Below are positions 16,523 to 25,462 of a DNA stretch of 27,045 bases, one piece after another. Origin of the DNA: an uncultured Nitrospinaceae bacterium (GTDB lineage: Bacteria > UBA8248). The notes below the pieces were generated by a model. That model did no database searches, was not told the DNA's origin, and was given only the letters and a program-made list of their open reading frames with translations. The stretch spans positions 1 through 27,045 of the forward strand of contig CAXFSR010000007.1 of assembly GCA_964005815.1 (NCBI GenBank), read 5' to 3'. Position numbers and translations under genes: made by a program. How positions within the stretch are numbered: the stretch's first letter is position 1; the number at the start of each line of letters is the position of its first letter.

Positions 16523-17815
16523 ATGACTTTTGAATCAAAAAATAATGAAACAATTGTTTTACACGCTGGACATAGAAGTGATCCGACTACCAATGCTGTT
16601 GCTGTTCCTATTTATCAAACTACTTCTTTTCAATTTGATAATACTGAACACGCATCAAATTTATTTGCACTAAAAGAGCTTGGTAATATTTATACACGTA
16701 TAATGAATCCAACAAATGATGTTCTTGAAAAACGTTTGGCTGCTCTTGAAGGTGGGGTAGCAGCTCTTGCTGTTTCATCCGGACAGTCTGCTTCTATGAT
16801 AGCAGTCCAAAATATAGCTCAATCAGGCGACAATATAGTTAGTTCTACGGATCTATATGGCGGAACATGGAACCTTTTTGCGAATCAACTTGAACAGATG
16901 GGCATTGAGGTTCGTTTTGTTGATCCTGAACACCCAGAAAATTTCAGGAATGCAATCGATGACAAAACAAGAGCTTTTTATGCTGAAACTTTGCCAAATC
17001 CAAAATTAAGGGTTTTTCCAATTAAGGAAGTAGCCGATATTGGAAGGGAGTTTGGTATTCCTTTGATTATGGATAATACGGCTGCTCATGGTATATGTAA
17101 GCCTTTTGAACATGGTGCTGCGATTATTGCTTCATCCTGTACAAAGTATATAGGAGGTCATGGAAATTCTATAGGAGGTATTGTAATTGATAGTGGTAAT
17201 TTTGACTGGAAAGCCCATCCAGAAAGGCAACCTTATTTAAATCAACCTGATCCAAGTTACCATGGTGCTGTTTGGACAGAAGCTACTGAACCTCTTGGTC
17301 CTGTAGCGTATATTATTAAGGCTAGAGTTACCCTATTGAGAGATTCAGGACAAGCTACAAGTCCTTTCAATGCATTCTTGTTTCTTCAAGGACTTGAAAC
17401 TTTGCCACTAAGAATAGAGAGACATTGTAGTAATGCACTTGAAGTGGCCAACTTCTTAAAAGAACATGACAAAGTTTCCGGAGTTATTTATCCGGGACTT
17501 ATGGATGGTGAGTTTAAGAAAAGAGCAGATACCTATCTAAATGGTTCATATGGAGGGTTGGTAGGTTTTGAATTAGAAGGTGGACTTGAAGCTGGTCAAA
17601 AGTTTATTAATTCTCTAAACATGTTTTATCATGTTGCGAATATTGGCGATTCAAGAAGCCTTGCAATACATCCCGCAAGTACGACACACTCTCAGTTATC
17701 TGAAGATGAGCAAATTGCTACTGGAGTTACTCAGGGGTACGTAAGACTTTCAATAGGAATTGAACATATTGATGATATCAAAGAAGATTTATCTCAGGCA
17801 TTAGATTCTATCTAA
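16523..17815 (+). CDS. metY: O-acetylhomoserine aminocarboxypropyltransferase (sulfhydrylase)
   Basis: PIYQTTSF, GNIYTRIMNPT, LYGGT, DNT, SCTKYIGGHG (PLP Lys), LQGLETL, ANIGD, IHPASTTH, RLSIGIE. Confidence 0.93.
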   Translation: MTFESKNNETIVLHAGHRSDPTTNAVAVPIYQTTSFQFDNTEHASNLFALKELGNIYTRIMNPTNDVLEKRLAALEGGVAALAVSSGQSASMIAVQNIAQSGDNIVSSTDLYGGTWNLFANQLEQMGIEVRFVDPEHPENFRNAIDDKTRAFYAETLPNPKLRVFPIKEVADIGREFGIPLIMDNTAAHGICKPFEHGAAIIASSCTKYIGGHGNSIGGIVIDSGNFDWKAHPERQPYLNQPDPSYHGAVWTEATEPLGPVAYIIKARVTLLRDSGQATSPFNAFLFLQGLETLPLRIERHCSNALEVANFLKEHDKVSGVIYPGLMDGEFKKRADTYLNGSYGGLVGFELEGGLEAGQKFINSLNMFYHVANIGDSRSLAIHPASTTHSQLSEDEQIATGVTQGYVRLSIGIEHIDDIKEDLSQALDSI

Positions 17816-17841
17816 AAAAAGAATTTGTTTTCTTTTTATAT

Positions 17842-17883
17842 ATAGCCTCTTTACTAGAGAGTAAGTAAAGAGGCTATTCTTTT
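17842..17883. terminator. Bidirectional rho-independent terminator
   Basis: Perfect 14-bp stem ATAGCCTCTTTACT (17842-17855) / AGTAAAGAGGCTAT (17864-17877) between convergent metY and LLM genes. Confidence 0.85.
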
Positions 17884-18925
17884 ATGTAGTTGAGACTTCT
17901 GTCATAACTTCATTTGCGAATTTTTCTAGAATTTCCATTTTCTGTTCGTGTGTTGCACCTATACCGTACATGCCCATTAAAATATCTGTCAGACCGAATT
18001 CTTCTTGTAATCGTTTAATCTCAAGAATATTATCTTCGATATTTCCAACTACTCCGCCTCCATCGAGAAGATCGCTTACTGAGAATGTATAACTCCAATT
18101 TCTCTGAAGGTGCTGCGATTCATCATCTGGGAATTCAACTTTATTCACGTCTGCTCTGTATCGTAAATACTTTGACATGCTTTCTTCAAAATTTTGGATA
18201 TATTTGTCTTTGTCCAAATCTTCACAAACAATGCATCGGTGTAGAAGTGCGTAATCAATATTAGACGTATCTCCACCAGTTCTTTCAACAGCATCAACGA
18301 AAAGAGCCATTTTTTCTCTAAAAACTTCTGGTCCTTTAAAACCAGCGGAAGCCATAACTTTGAATCCGTTTTCTCCTGCCCAAACATAAGTTTCAGGACT
18401 AGTTCCAGCAATCCAAATTGGTGGTCGAGGCTTTTGCACAGGATGAGGAAAAATCTCCGTTTCATTGCACTTAAAAAATTCACCATCGTAGGTTAATTTC
18501 TCTCCTTCTAACAATCTCCCAACAATCTCGACTCCCTCCTGCAATCTTCTTCTACTCTCCGATGGTTTTGCATTAAAAGATTTAAATTCTTTAGGTTGAG
18601 AACCACGTCCTATTCCTAGATCGACTCTTCCATCACTCAAAACGTCAACCATCGCAGCCTGTTCTGCGAGTCGTATAGGATTATGAAAAGACATTATTGA
18701 GATGCCTGTACCTAAACGAATATTTTTTGTTTTTTGTGCTACTGCTGCACACCAGAGGAGTGGATCTGGCATTACTCCTGCTTTTGAAAAATGATGTTCA
18801 GCAAACCAGACACCATGAAATCCTAGTTCATCAGCAAGTTTACATTGTTCCATCAATTCATCAAAAGCCTGTTTTTCAGACTTTCCATCAGTTGTTTCGT
18901 GAACATAAAAAATTGAAAACTTCAT
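17882..18925 (-). CDS. LLM class flavin-dependent oxidoreductase (luciferase-like)
   Basis: ADELGFHGVWFAEHHF, IRLGTG, PIRLAEQAAMVDVLSDGR, GIGRG, PVQKPRPPIWIAG. Confidence 0.92.
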   Translation of the reverse strand: MKFSIFYVHETTDGKSEKQAFDELMEQCKLADELGFHGVWFAEHHFSKAGVMPDPLLWCAAVAQKTKNIRLGTGISIMSFHNPIRLAEQAAMVDVLSDGRVDLGIGRGSQPKEFKSFNAKPSESRRRLQEGVEIVGRLLEGEKLTYDGEFFKCNETEIFPHPVQKPRPPIWIAGTSPETYVWAGENGFKVMASAGFKGPEVFREKMALFVDAVERTGGDTSNIDYALLHRCIVCEDLDKDKYIQNFEESMSKYLRYRADVNKVEFPDDESQHLQRNWSYTFSVSDLLDGGGVVGNIEDNILEIKRLQEEFGLTDILMGMYGIGATHEQKMEILEKFANEVMTEVSTT

Positions 18926-19041
18926 TCCACTTCTCCAGTTCTAGAACTATAAAAAAATGTTTGTATATATAAGGCATGGTATTATTTTAAATGATAGACT
19001 TCAAGTCTGTCTGCTTTGTTAACTTATAGATCGATATAAAG

Positions 19042-19926
19042 ATGGAGAATGTTTTGGTTTTTGATTTAGCTTTTTATTACGCAATTTTATCAGCGTTTAT
19101 TTTTTCTATGGCAGATTTTGCGGGTCGTTTTGGTATACACAAGACAAACGCATTTGTAGGAACAACTATGACCAGGGGAGTTGCTTCAGTAATTCTTTTT
19201 GTTGCGATTATTTTGACGGGAGTGAAATTTCCTCCCTTAAGTGTTGATTATCTATGGGTAATGATAGCAGGTATTTGTTTGCCTGGACTTTTTTCTCTTC
19301 TGCTTTTGACTTCTATTTTAAAAATAGGAGTTTCTAGAGCTGCCCCTATCAAAGGGTCTTCACCTTTATTTGCGTCTTTCCTAGCGATTCTTTTTCTCGG
19401 GGAAGAACCTACTTGGTATCATCTACTTGGTGTAGTTTTTGTAGTTTTTGGGGTGATATTAATTTCTCTCTCTCCTACAGAAGGACAGTGGAAAAGGAAA
19501 GATATTATTTGGCCTATTTCTGCTGCTTTGATATCAGGAATTGGTTCCGTTACCTGGAGGCATGCAATGAGTTTATTTAAAGAACCTATTGCTGCTACGT
19601 TTATAGGCACATTTTCTGCGTTTGTTCTTGTTGTTACTTTTACTTCTATTTTCAAGAGAAAATCTTTAATTCCTGGAATAAAAGCAGCCTGGAAACCATT
19701 TTTTTTGATGGGATTCTTTGCTGCAGTAGGTGTTCTTCTCTATGTTTCTGCTTTGCAGAAAGGAAATGTATATAGAATTTCTTCTTTAGTCCAGACTTCT
19801 CCTTTGATAACCGTTTTTTTCTCGTTTATTTTTCTTAGGAAAATTGAAAATATTTCATGGCGTGTTCCTATTGGAGCGGTCATTACTTTGACTGGGGTTG
19901 CTCTTGTAAATTCAAATTTTCAATAG
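19042..19926 (+). CDS. DMT/EamA family transporter
   Basis: About 10 TM segments, IGVSRAAPI..SPLF..LAILFLGE. Similar to the 6512 gene. Confidence 0.88.
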   Translation: MENVLVFDLAFYYAILSAFIFSMADFAGRFGIHKTNAFVGTTMTRGVASVILFVAIILTGVKFPPLSVDYLWVMIAGICLPGLFSLLLLTSILKIGVSRAAPIKGSSPLFASFLAILFLGEEPTWYHLLGVVFVVFGVILISLSPTEGQWKRKDIIWPISAALISGIGSVTWRHAMSLFKEPIAATFIGTFSAFVLVVTFTSIFKRKSLIPGIKAAWKPFFLMGFFAAVGVLLYVSALQKGNVYRISSLVQTSPLITVFFSFIFLRKIENISWRVPIGAVITLTGVALVNSNFQ

Positions 19927-19952
19927 TTTGTTCATTATCACTTAGAATCATT

Positions 19953-21248
19953 TTATTCGTCTGCAGTATATTTTTCTCTAAATCTCAAGTTATTTTTCTC
20001 ATCGTAGTATTTGACTTCTACAGAAGGGTTCCCTGCTTCTTTTGAGATATCAATCAGCAAGTAATTGTAGCTATCACACATAAAAAAATATCCTTTAGAT
20101 TCGTAATATTTTTTTTTGCTGCAATTTTTCTTTGCTGCAATAGGACCAACAGTAAATTCTCTAATTTTATTTTCTTTTTTTGGGAATGCAATTGCTTTAT
20201 GAAGATCGGCGCTGAGAATTATAATTCCATTAATTTTATTTTTCTTAATATAGTTTAGAATCTCATTTCTTTCCGTGATGAAGTCAGACCATTTGTCTTT
20301 CTTTCTGTGAGTATTGAATGCAACGGAGGAAATTATAAATTTAAAAGGAGCTTTTGATTTAGATAATTTTTTTTTCAACCAATTTTTTTGCTTTGTTCCA
20401 AGCATAGTTGCATCTGGAGTGTATCCATTGCGGTCTGTTTTTTTACTTCGAAATTGTCTAGTGTCTAAAATGATAAAATCAGCTAGTTTAGACCAAGAGA
20501 AAGAATAGTAAAGTATTGTTTTTTCTTCTGATTTTACAGGCCAATATTCTCGAAAAGCTTGTCTTGCAATTTTGATTTTGGGCCCCCAAGAACTATTGAA
20601 ATTATTTTCAACTTCATGGTCATCCCAAATAGCATAAACGGGAACATTTCTTAAAAATTTTTGAAGAGATTCATCATCACGATTTTCCTTGTATTTATAA
20701 CGATAATGCCAAAGAGCGGGATGAAATTCCTTTAAAGGAGAGTCTGCACAGATCGTGTCGCCTAAGTATATAAAAAAATTTGGATTTTTATTTTTCATTT
20801 TATTAAATAAATCAAATGGCTGATATTTTGCACATGTGTCTCCACTGACCGTGAATTTAAAGGGCGTATCCTCTTTAGAAGGTGTGCGAAAACGACCGAT
20901 TAAACTGTAGATAGGAGGTCTTTTTTTTATTACTCCCCTATAAAAATACTCGGTATCTGGAAGAAGATGTTTTAAATGATGAATTGAAGTGAAATCACTT
21001 TTTGAAGAGGAAATAATTAATTCAGTGAACTGTGAATGGTTAAAGTCCCTGTTTTTAGAATATTCTATTTGGAGGTTCTCTTTAAATTCGGTTCGAAGCC
21101 ATACTTTAGCTGAAGTCGTTGTTATTTGAGAAGAGACAGGCCCAAAAGAAAATACCGATTTAGAATCCATCCCCGCTGTTGTATGACAACCTATTATCAA
21201 TGCAGATAATAGGAAATGCATAAAAATTTTCCCCCTAGATATTTTCAT
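19953..21248 (-). CDS. Alkaline phosphatase D (PhoD) family protein, probable lipoprotein
   Basis: N-terminal FN3-like domain (VWLR..LLPDTEYFYR), YLGDTICAD, WDDHEVENN, ILDTR, MLGTKQKNWL, DKW, SADLH. LIIGC lipobox-like motif. Confidence 0.88.
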   Translation of the reverse strand: MKISRGKIFMHFLLSALIIGCHTTAGMDSKSVFSFGPVSSQITTTSAKVWLRTEFKENLQIEYSKNRDFNHSQFTELIISSSKSDFTSIHHLKHLLPDTEYFYRGVIKKRPPIYSLIGRFRTPSKEDTPFKFTVSGDTCAKYQPFDLFNKMKNKNPNFFIYLGDTICADSPLKEFHPALWHYRYKYKENRDDESLQKFLRNVPVYAIWDDHEVENNFNSSWGPKIKIARQAFREYWPVKSEEKTILYYSFSWSKLADFIILDTRQFRSKKTDRNGYTPDATMLGTKQKNWLKKKLSKSKAPFKFIISSVAFNTHRKKDKWSDFITERNEILNYIKKNKINGIIILSADLHKAIAFPKKENKIREFTVGPIAAKKNCSKKKYYESKGYFFMCDSYNYLLIDISKEAGNPSVEVKYYDEKNNLRFREKYTADE

Positions 21249-22036
21249 TTATCTTTACCATTATTTTTCTTTAAAAAAATAAGAATATCTTTCCAATAAT
21301 CGTTAATACCAAAAAACATAGTATGTCCGTCACTTCCATATGAGGGATAGATAATTAATTTCACATCTTTATCATTTTCATGCAAAGCTTTAGCTATGTT
21401 TTTTATTTCTTCCACAAGATTGGTTCCGTGTGTTCGAAAAGAACCAGTGTCATTTTTTGAAATTAATAAAAGAACAGGGGATTGTATTTTGTATGCGTCT
21501 TCAAGTCGGAGTTTATGTTTCCTTTTCCCAATTGCGGGTGCCATTAAAATAAATGCATTTAATGAATTTTCAGACGTTGCTATCTGATATGTTAATAATC
21601 CTCCTCTTGAAAATCCCATCATAGATATTTTTTTTTCATCCACATAGGAAAGTTTTTTTATATACTCTATTCCGTTCATTACATCTTGTAAGTGTCCTTG
21701 TAATGAACGTGTTTTTCTCCGAATAGGTGAAAATCCTACAAAATTTTCTTTTGCAAGTGCTAGACATGTCTCTTTAGGAGCACCGCCAACAATATTTCCA
21801 AGTCCTCCATGATTATAAATCACAGTTGGAAATGGACCTGAACCTTTTGGTTTACAAAGGTAGCCCCTAAGATAAACATTGGTCTTTGAGTAGGTTATTA
21901 AATTATGGGGCGATTCATTTTTTTGACTGCACCCAACAAAAGTGAAAATGATGAAAATAAAAAAAAACAATACAATCTTTGAACTCAGAAAAGAAAAGGT
22001 ATTTCTTATGGAATTTTTTATAAAGAATATGAGCAT
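21245..22036 (-). CDS. Dienelactone-hydrolase-like alpha/beta hydrolase, probable lipoprotein
   Basis: GYLCKPKGSGPFPTVIYNHGG, GFSRGG, Asp (KND) and His (DGH). FVGC lipobox-like motif. Stop overlaps the PhoD start (ATGA). Confidence 0.85.
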   Translation of the reverse strand: MLIFFIKNSIRNTFSFLSSKIVLFFFIFIIFTFVGCSQKNESPHNLITYSKTNVYLRGYLCKPKGSGPFPTVIYNHGGLGNIVGGAPKETCLALAKENFVGFSPIRRKTRSLQGHLQDVMNGIEYIKKLSYVDEKKISMMGFSRGGLLTYQIATSENSLNAFILMAPAIGKRKHKLRLEDAYKIQSPVLLLISKNDTGSFRTHGTNLVEEIKNIAKALHENDKDVKLIIYPSYGSDGHTMFFGINDYWKDILIFLKKNNGKDK

Positions 22037-22055
22037 GTTCTATAACCTAGATCTT

Positions 22056-23138
22056 TCAGCTTATAGGAATAGAAACGGTTTTTCCTGTTCTAGATGACTC
22101 CTGTATAGCTAAAGTAATTTCTAGTGTTTTTCTTGCTTCTCTAGTTGTAGCTATATGGCATGGGCTATCGGTTGCAATATGATCTACCCAAGCACGTGTT
22201 TCGTCATTTAATGGTCCCCAAAATTCTCCTAATGCCCAATCACCTGGAGCGGTAGTACTAAGAAATGTTGTATTTACATTGTGATCAGGTATATATAAAT
22301 GTGGAATTCCTTTCTCTGTATGGATTAGTTCTTCTTTTTGGTCACCGTCAAGCATTAGAGCTCCGTCTGTCCCAAAGATTTCTATCCTCACTCCTGATCC
22401 CTGGCTTGGATATTTTGATGGCAGTGCATAACAGATACCTAAATTTACAATTGCTCCATCTTCAAAAGTAATAATTGCCCATGTGATATCATCTACGGAC
22501 TCATGACCAGCCTCTTTGTAAACTACGCTATTTCCTCTTGCTACAACCTCGACTGGCCTTTGGTCGCTCATAAACCAACATATCATATCGACCCAATAAG
22601 TGAGGACATCAATAACTGGTGTTGCTTCGGGAGATCTTTTTAGTATTTCTAGTCCCTGACTTCTATTATTACATGCTCTTCCATTTGCCCCGATAATTTG
22701 TCCTAATCTTCCTTTTTGAATTTGTTCCTTTGCAACAAAATATCGACGTTTAAATCTTTGTGCATAACCAACAAGGACTTCCACATTTTGATTTTCAGAA
22801 TTTTGAATGATTTCATCAGCATCTGCCAATGTAAGAGCTATTGGTTTTTCTAATAAAACTGGCTTTTTTTTTGAAATCGATTGTAAAACTGGCTCAAGGT
22901 GTTGATGTTCGCTGGTTGATACTATCACAGCGTCGACTTCAGGATGAGAAATAATCTCCATATTGTTATCTGATACAAAATCTGCATTTATTGTATTTCC
23001 GAGTTTTTTTGCTTGTGAAAGATTTAAATCAGAAACAGCAATAAAATCCACAGAAGGATGATTGCGAATTAACTTAGAGCGAAGCGAGCCTATTCTCCCA
23101 GATCCCACAACGGCAATGCCAAGATTCTGTTTTTTCAT
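22056..23138 (-). CDS. Gfo/Idh/MocA family oxidoreductase
   Basis: VVGSGRIG Rossmann motif, VDAVIVST, LLEKP, GYAQRF. Confidence 0.9.
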   Translation of the reverse strand: MKKQNLGIAVVGSGRIGSLRSKLIRNHPSVDFIAVSDLNLSQAKKLGNTINADFVSDNNMEIISHPEVDAVIVSTSEHQHLEPVLQSISKKKPVLLEKPIALTLADADEIIQNSENQNVEVLVGYAQRFKRRYFVAKEQIQKGRLGQIIGANGRACNNRSQGLEILKRSPEATPVIDVLTYWVDMICWFMSDQRPVEVVARGNSVVYKEAGHESVDDITWAIITFEDGAIVNLGICYALPSKYPSQGSGVRIEIFGTDGALMLDGDQKEELIHTEKGIPHLYIPDHNVNTTFLSTTAPGDWALGEFWGPLNDETRAWVDHIATDSPCHIATTREARKTLEITLAIQESSRTGKTVSIPIS

Positions 23139-23156
23139 AATTAACGACCCTCAATT

Positions 23157-23924
23157 TTAACCGAACCACATGCCGCCATTAATATCTAAAGTAGCACCTG
23201 TAATATAACTTGCCCCCGGAGTAGCCAAGTACCAGATACCGTCCGCAATCTCTTCGGTTGTACCTTCTCTTCCCAGAGGAATCGTCTTTCGTATTTCTTC
23301 GATCCGATCTTTATGAAGTTTTGCTACTCGTGGACTCCAAACTGTTCCAGGCGTTACTACATTTGCAGTAATTCCAAAAGGAGCTAACTCGACTGCAAGT
23401 CTCCTTGTGAAACCTATAATTGCTGATTTAGCGGTTGCGTAGTCTATAGAAGTAAAAGCGATACCCGTACGACCTGCTAAAGAGGAAACATTTATTATAC
23501 GCCCATAATTATTTTTTTTCATATATGGGACTATTGCTTTAGTAGTCATATAAGTTGCCGTGAGATTCCAATCTAACATTCTTTTCCACTCTATTTCATC
23601 AATCTCTTCAACATTGTTCGTAGTGTGAAAACCTCCTGCACAATTTACAAGAATGTCTATTTTGTCCCATTTATCAAAAGTTTTCTTGGCTGAATTTTCT
23701 ACATCATCATTTGAGGTACACTCGCCGTGAAGGAAAAGAACTTCCATTCCTAAGTTGTTCATTTCTGTTTCTTTTTTTTCTCCTTCAACTTTATCTCTAT
23801 CCATGAAAGCTACTTTTGCCCCTTCATTAGCAAAACGTTCAACACATGCAAAACCAATTCCTGCTGCACCTGCTGCAACAAAAACAATCTGATCTTTAAC
23901 TGTTGATTTTTTTTCTGTTGTCAT
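23157..23924 (-). CDS. SDR family NAD(P)-dependent oxidoreductase
   Basis: AAGAAGIG, DILVNCAG, NVSS, YATAK, PG, ITGATLDINGG. Confidence 0.92.
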   Translation of the reverse strand: MTTEKKSTVKDQIVFVAAGAAGIGFACVERFANEGAKVAFMDRDKVEGEKKETEMNNLGMEVLFLHGECTSNDDVENSAKKTFDKWDKIDILVNCAGGFHTTNNVEEIDEIEWKRMLDWNLTATYMTTKAIVPYMKKNNYGRIINVSSLAGRTGIAFTSIDYATAKSAIIGFTRRLAVELAPFGITANVVTPGTVWSPRVAKLHKDRIEEIRKTIPLGREGTTEEIADGIWYLATPGASYITGATLDINGGMWFG

Positions 23925-23959
23925 TTTTCTCTTTGTTAATTTTTATGGATAGAAAAAAA

Positions 23960-24949
23960 TCAATTATCATACATCTCTTTGTTGATAACAGTTGAAGGTT
24001 TTTTCCCTTTTAAAAAATCATCTACACAGGTTACTGCGTGATTAATTGTATTCCGAACAGCATCTATGCCACGTCCTCCCATATGTGGTGTTAAAACTGC
24101 ATTTTCCATGGTGAAGATTGGATGTGAATAATCAGGTGGTTCGTCTGGATATACATCTATGCCTGCTCCTTGAATAACTTTATTTTTCAGTGCTTCTGTG
24201 ACTTCGTCTAAATTGAAAACGGGTCCTCTTGAGGTATTGAAAACGAAAGCTTCTGGTTTCATTTTTTCTAAAAGTTCTTTATTCACAATATGTTTTGTGT
24301 CTGGTGTGAGAGGAACATGACATGTAACAAAATCTGCTTCTTTTGCTAATTCATCAAGAGAAACGAATTTTACTCCTATTTGCTCAGCAGCCTCTTGATC
24401 TTGCACGATATCGTATGCAATGACATTCATCTCGAATGCTTTGGCTCTTTTTGCTACTAGTTTTCCAATATTTCCAAATCCTATTATTCCTAGTGTTTGG
24501 TTTTTTAATGGAACAAGTGCGGGTTGAATTTCTCTCCATGCCCCTTTTCGTATGTTTTCATTCATCCAATGTATTCTTCTTGTACTGTTAATTAATAAAC
24601 CAAAAAAATGTTCTGAAACTGAAGAAGAATTTTGTCCTTCTGCATTTGTAACAACAATATTATTTTTCGTTGCAGACGGTATATCTATGTTATTAACACC
24701 GACTCCAGCACGTGCAATGATTTTTAAATTTGGAGTATTCTCCATCACTTTGTTTGTATAAGGTTCTGCACCTGCAATTACTGCAGTTGCATTTTTGATT
24801 TTTTCAACTAGTTCATCTTCCGAAAGGTACGCTGGGCAATCGTCAATAATTACTTCATGGCCTTGTTCTTCGAGAGAGATAAAAAATTGTCGTTGATCTT
24901 CAAAATTCAAAATGAAAGGTGTTCCCACCCAAATTGTTTCGTTAGACAT
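23960..24949 (-). CDS. D-isomer-specific 2-hydroxyacid dehydrogenase (phosphoglycerate-dehydrogenase-like)
   Basis: RAGVGVNNID, GIIGFGNIG, HVPLTPDT, NTSRG, DVYPDEP, TPHMG. Confidence 0.92.
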   Translation of the reverse strand: MSNETIWVGTPFILNFEDQRQFFISLEEQGHEVIIDDCPAYLSEDELVEKIKNATAVIAGAEPYTNKVMENTPNLKIIARAGVGVNNIDIPSATKNNIVVTNAEGQNSSSVSEHFFGLLINSTRRIHWMNENIRKGAWREIQPALVPLKNQTLGIIGFGNIGKLVAKRAKAFEMNVIAYDIVQDQEAAEQIGVKFVSLDELAKEADFVTCHVPLTPDTKHIVNKELLEKMKPEAFVFNTSRGPVFNLDEVTEALKNKVIQGAGIDVYPDEPPDYSHPIFTMENAVLTPHMGGRGIDAVRNTINHAVTCVDDFLKGKKPSTVINKEMYDN

Positions 24950-24975
24950 TTTCGTTAGTCTCCTTGTTGAAACTC

Positions 24976-25359
24976 TTATTTAAGTTCGAGAAGCTCAATT
25001 ACGACTCCTTCAGGACCTTGAATATAGGCAAAAGTAAGTTCTTCTACATCACCCTCTGCTAAAATGATACCACCACGTTCTCTTATATCGTTAAGAGCAG
25101 ATCCTAGGTTTTCTTCTACTCTAAATGCAAAGTGGTCTATCCCATACCTAGGCCATTCTAAGGATGTTTCCGCAGGGTTTTCATTTTCTCTTCTGCCTCG
25201 AAGAATTAAATCTGCACCCTGTATATCTAGTGTTATTTGAGGAGCTCCTCCTCTGTCTATCCTGTTTGTTTCCACTGCACCTAAAACAGTTTTATAAAAA
25301 TTTACAGCTCCTTCAACATCTTTATGAACGCAGTGGATATGATCGTGTGAAAGTTTCAT
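24976..25359 (-). CDS. VOC/glyoxalase family protein
   Basis: DHIH, FYKTVLG, GIDHFAFRV, GPEGVVIELLE. AGGAG SD. Confidence 0.9.
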   Translation of the reverse strand: MKLSHDHIHCVHKDVEGAVNFYKTVLGAVETNRIDRGGAPQITLDIQGADLILRGRRENENPAETSLEWPRYGIDHFAFRVEENLGSALNDIRERGGIILAEGDVEELTFAYIQGPEGVVIELLELK

Positions 25360-25462
25360 TGTTTCTCCTGTTTAATTTGGTGTAATTTTGATAAGCAGAT
25401 TACTTGATTGTTTGTTATCTCTCAAATGATATTACGGAAGATTCTGAAGAGTTAGGAAAATT

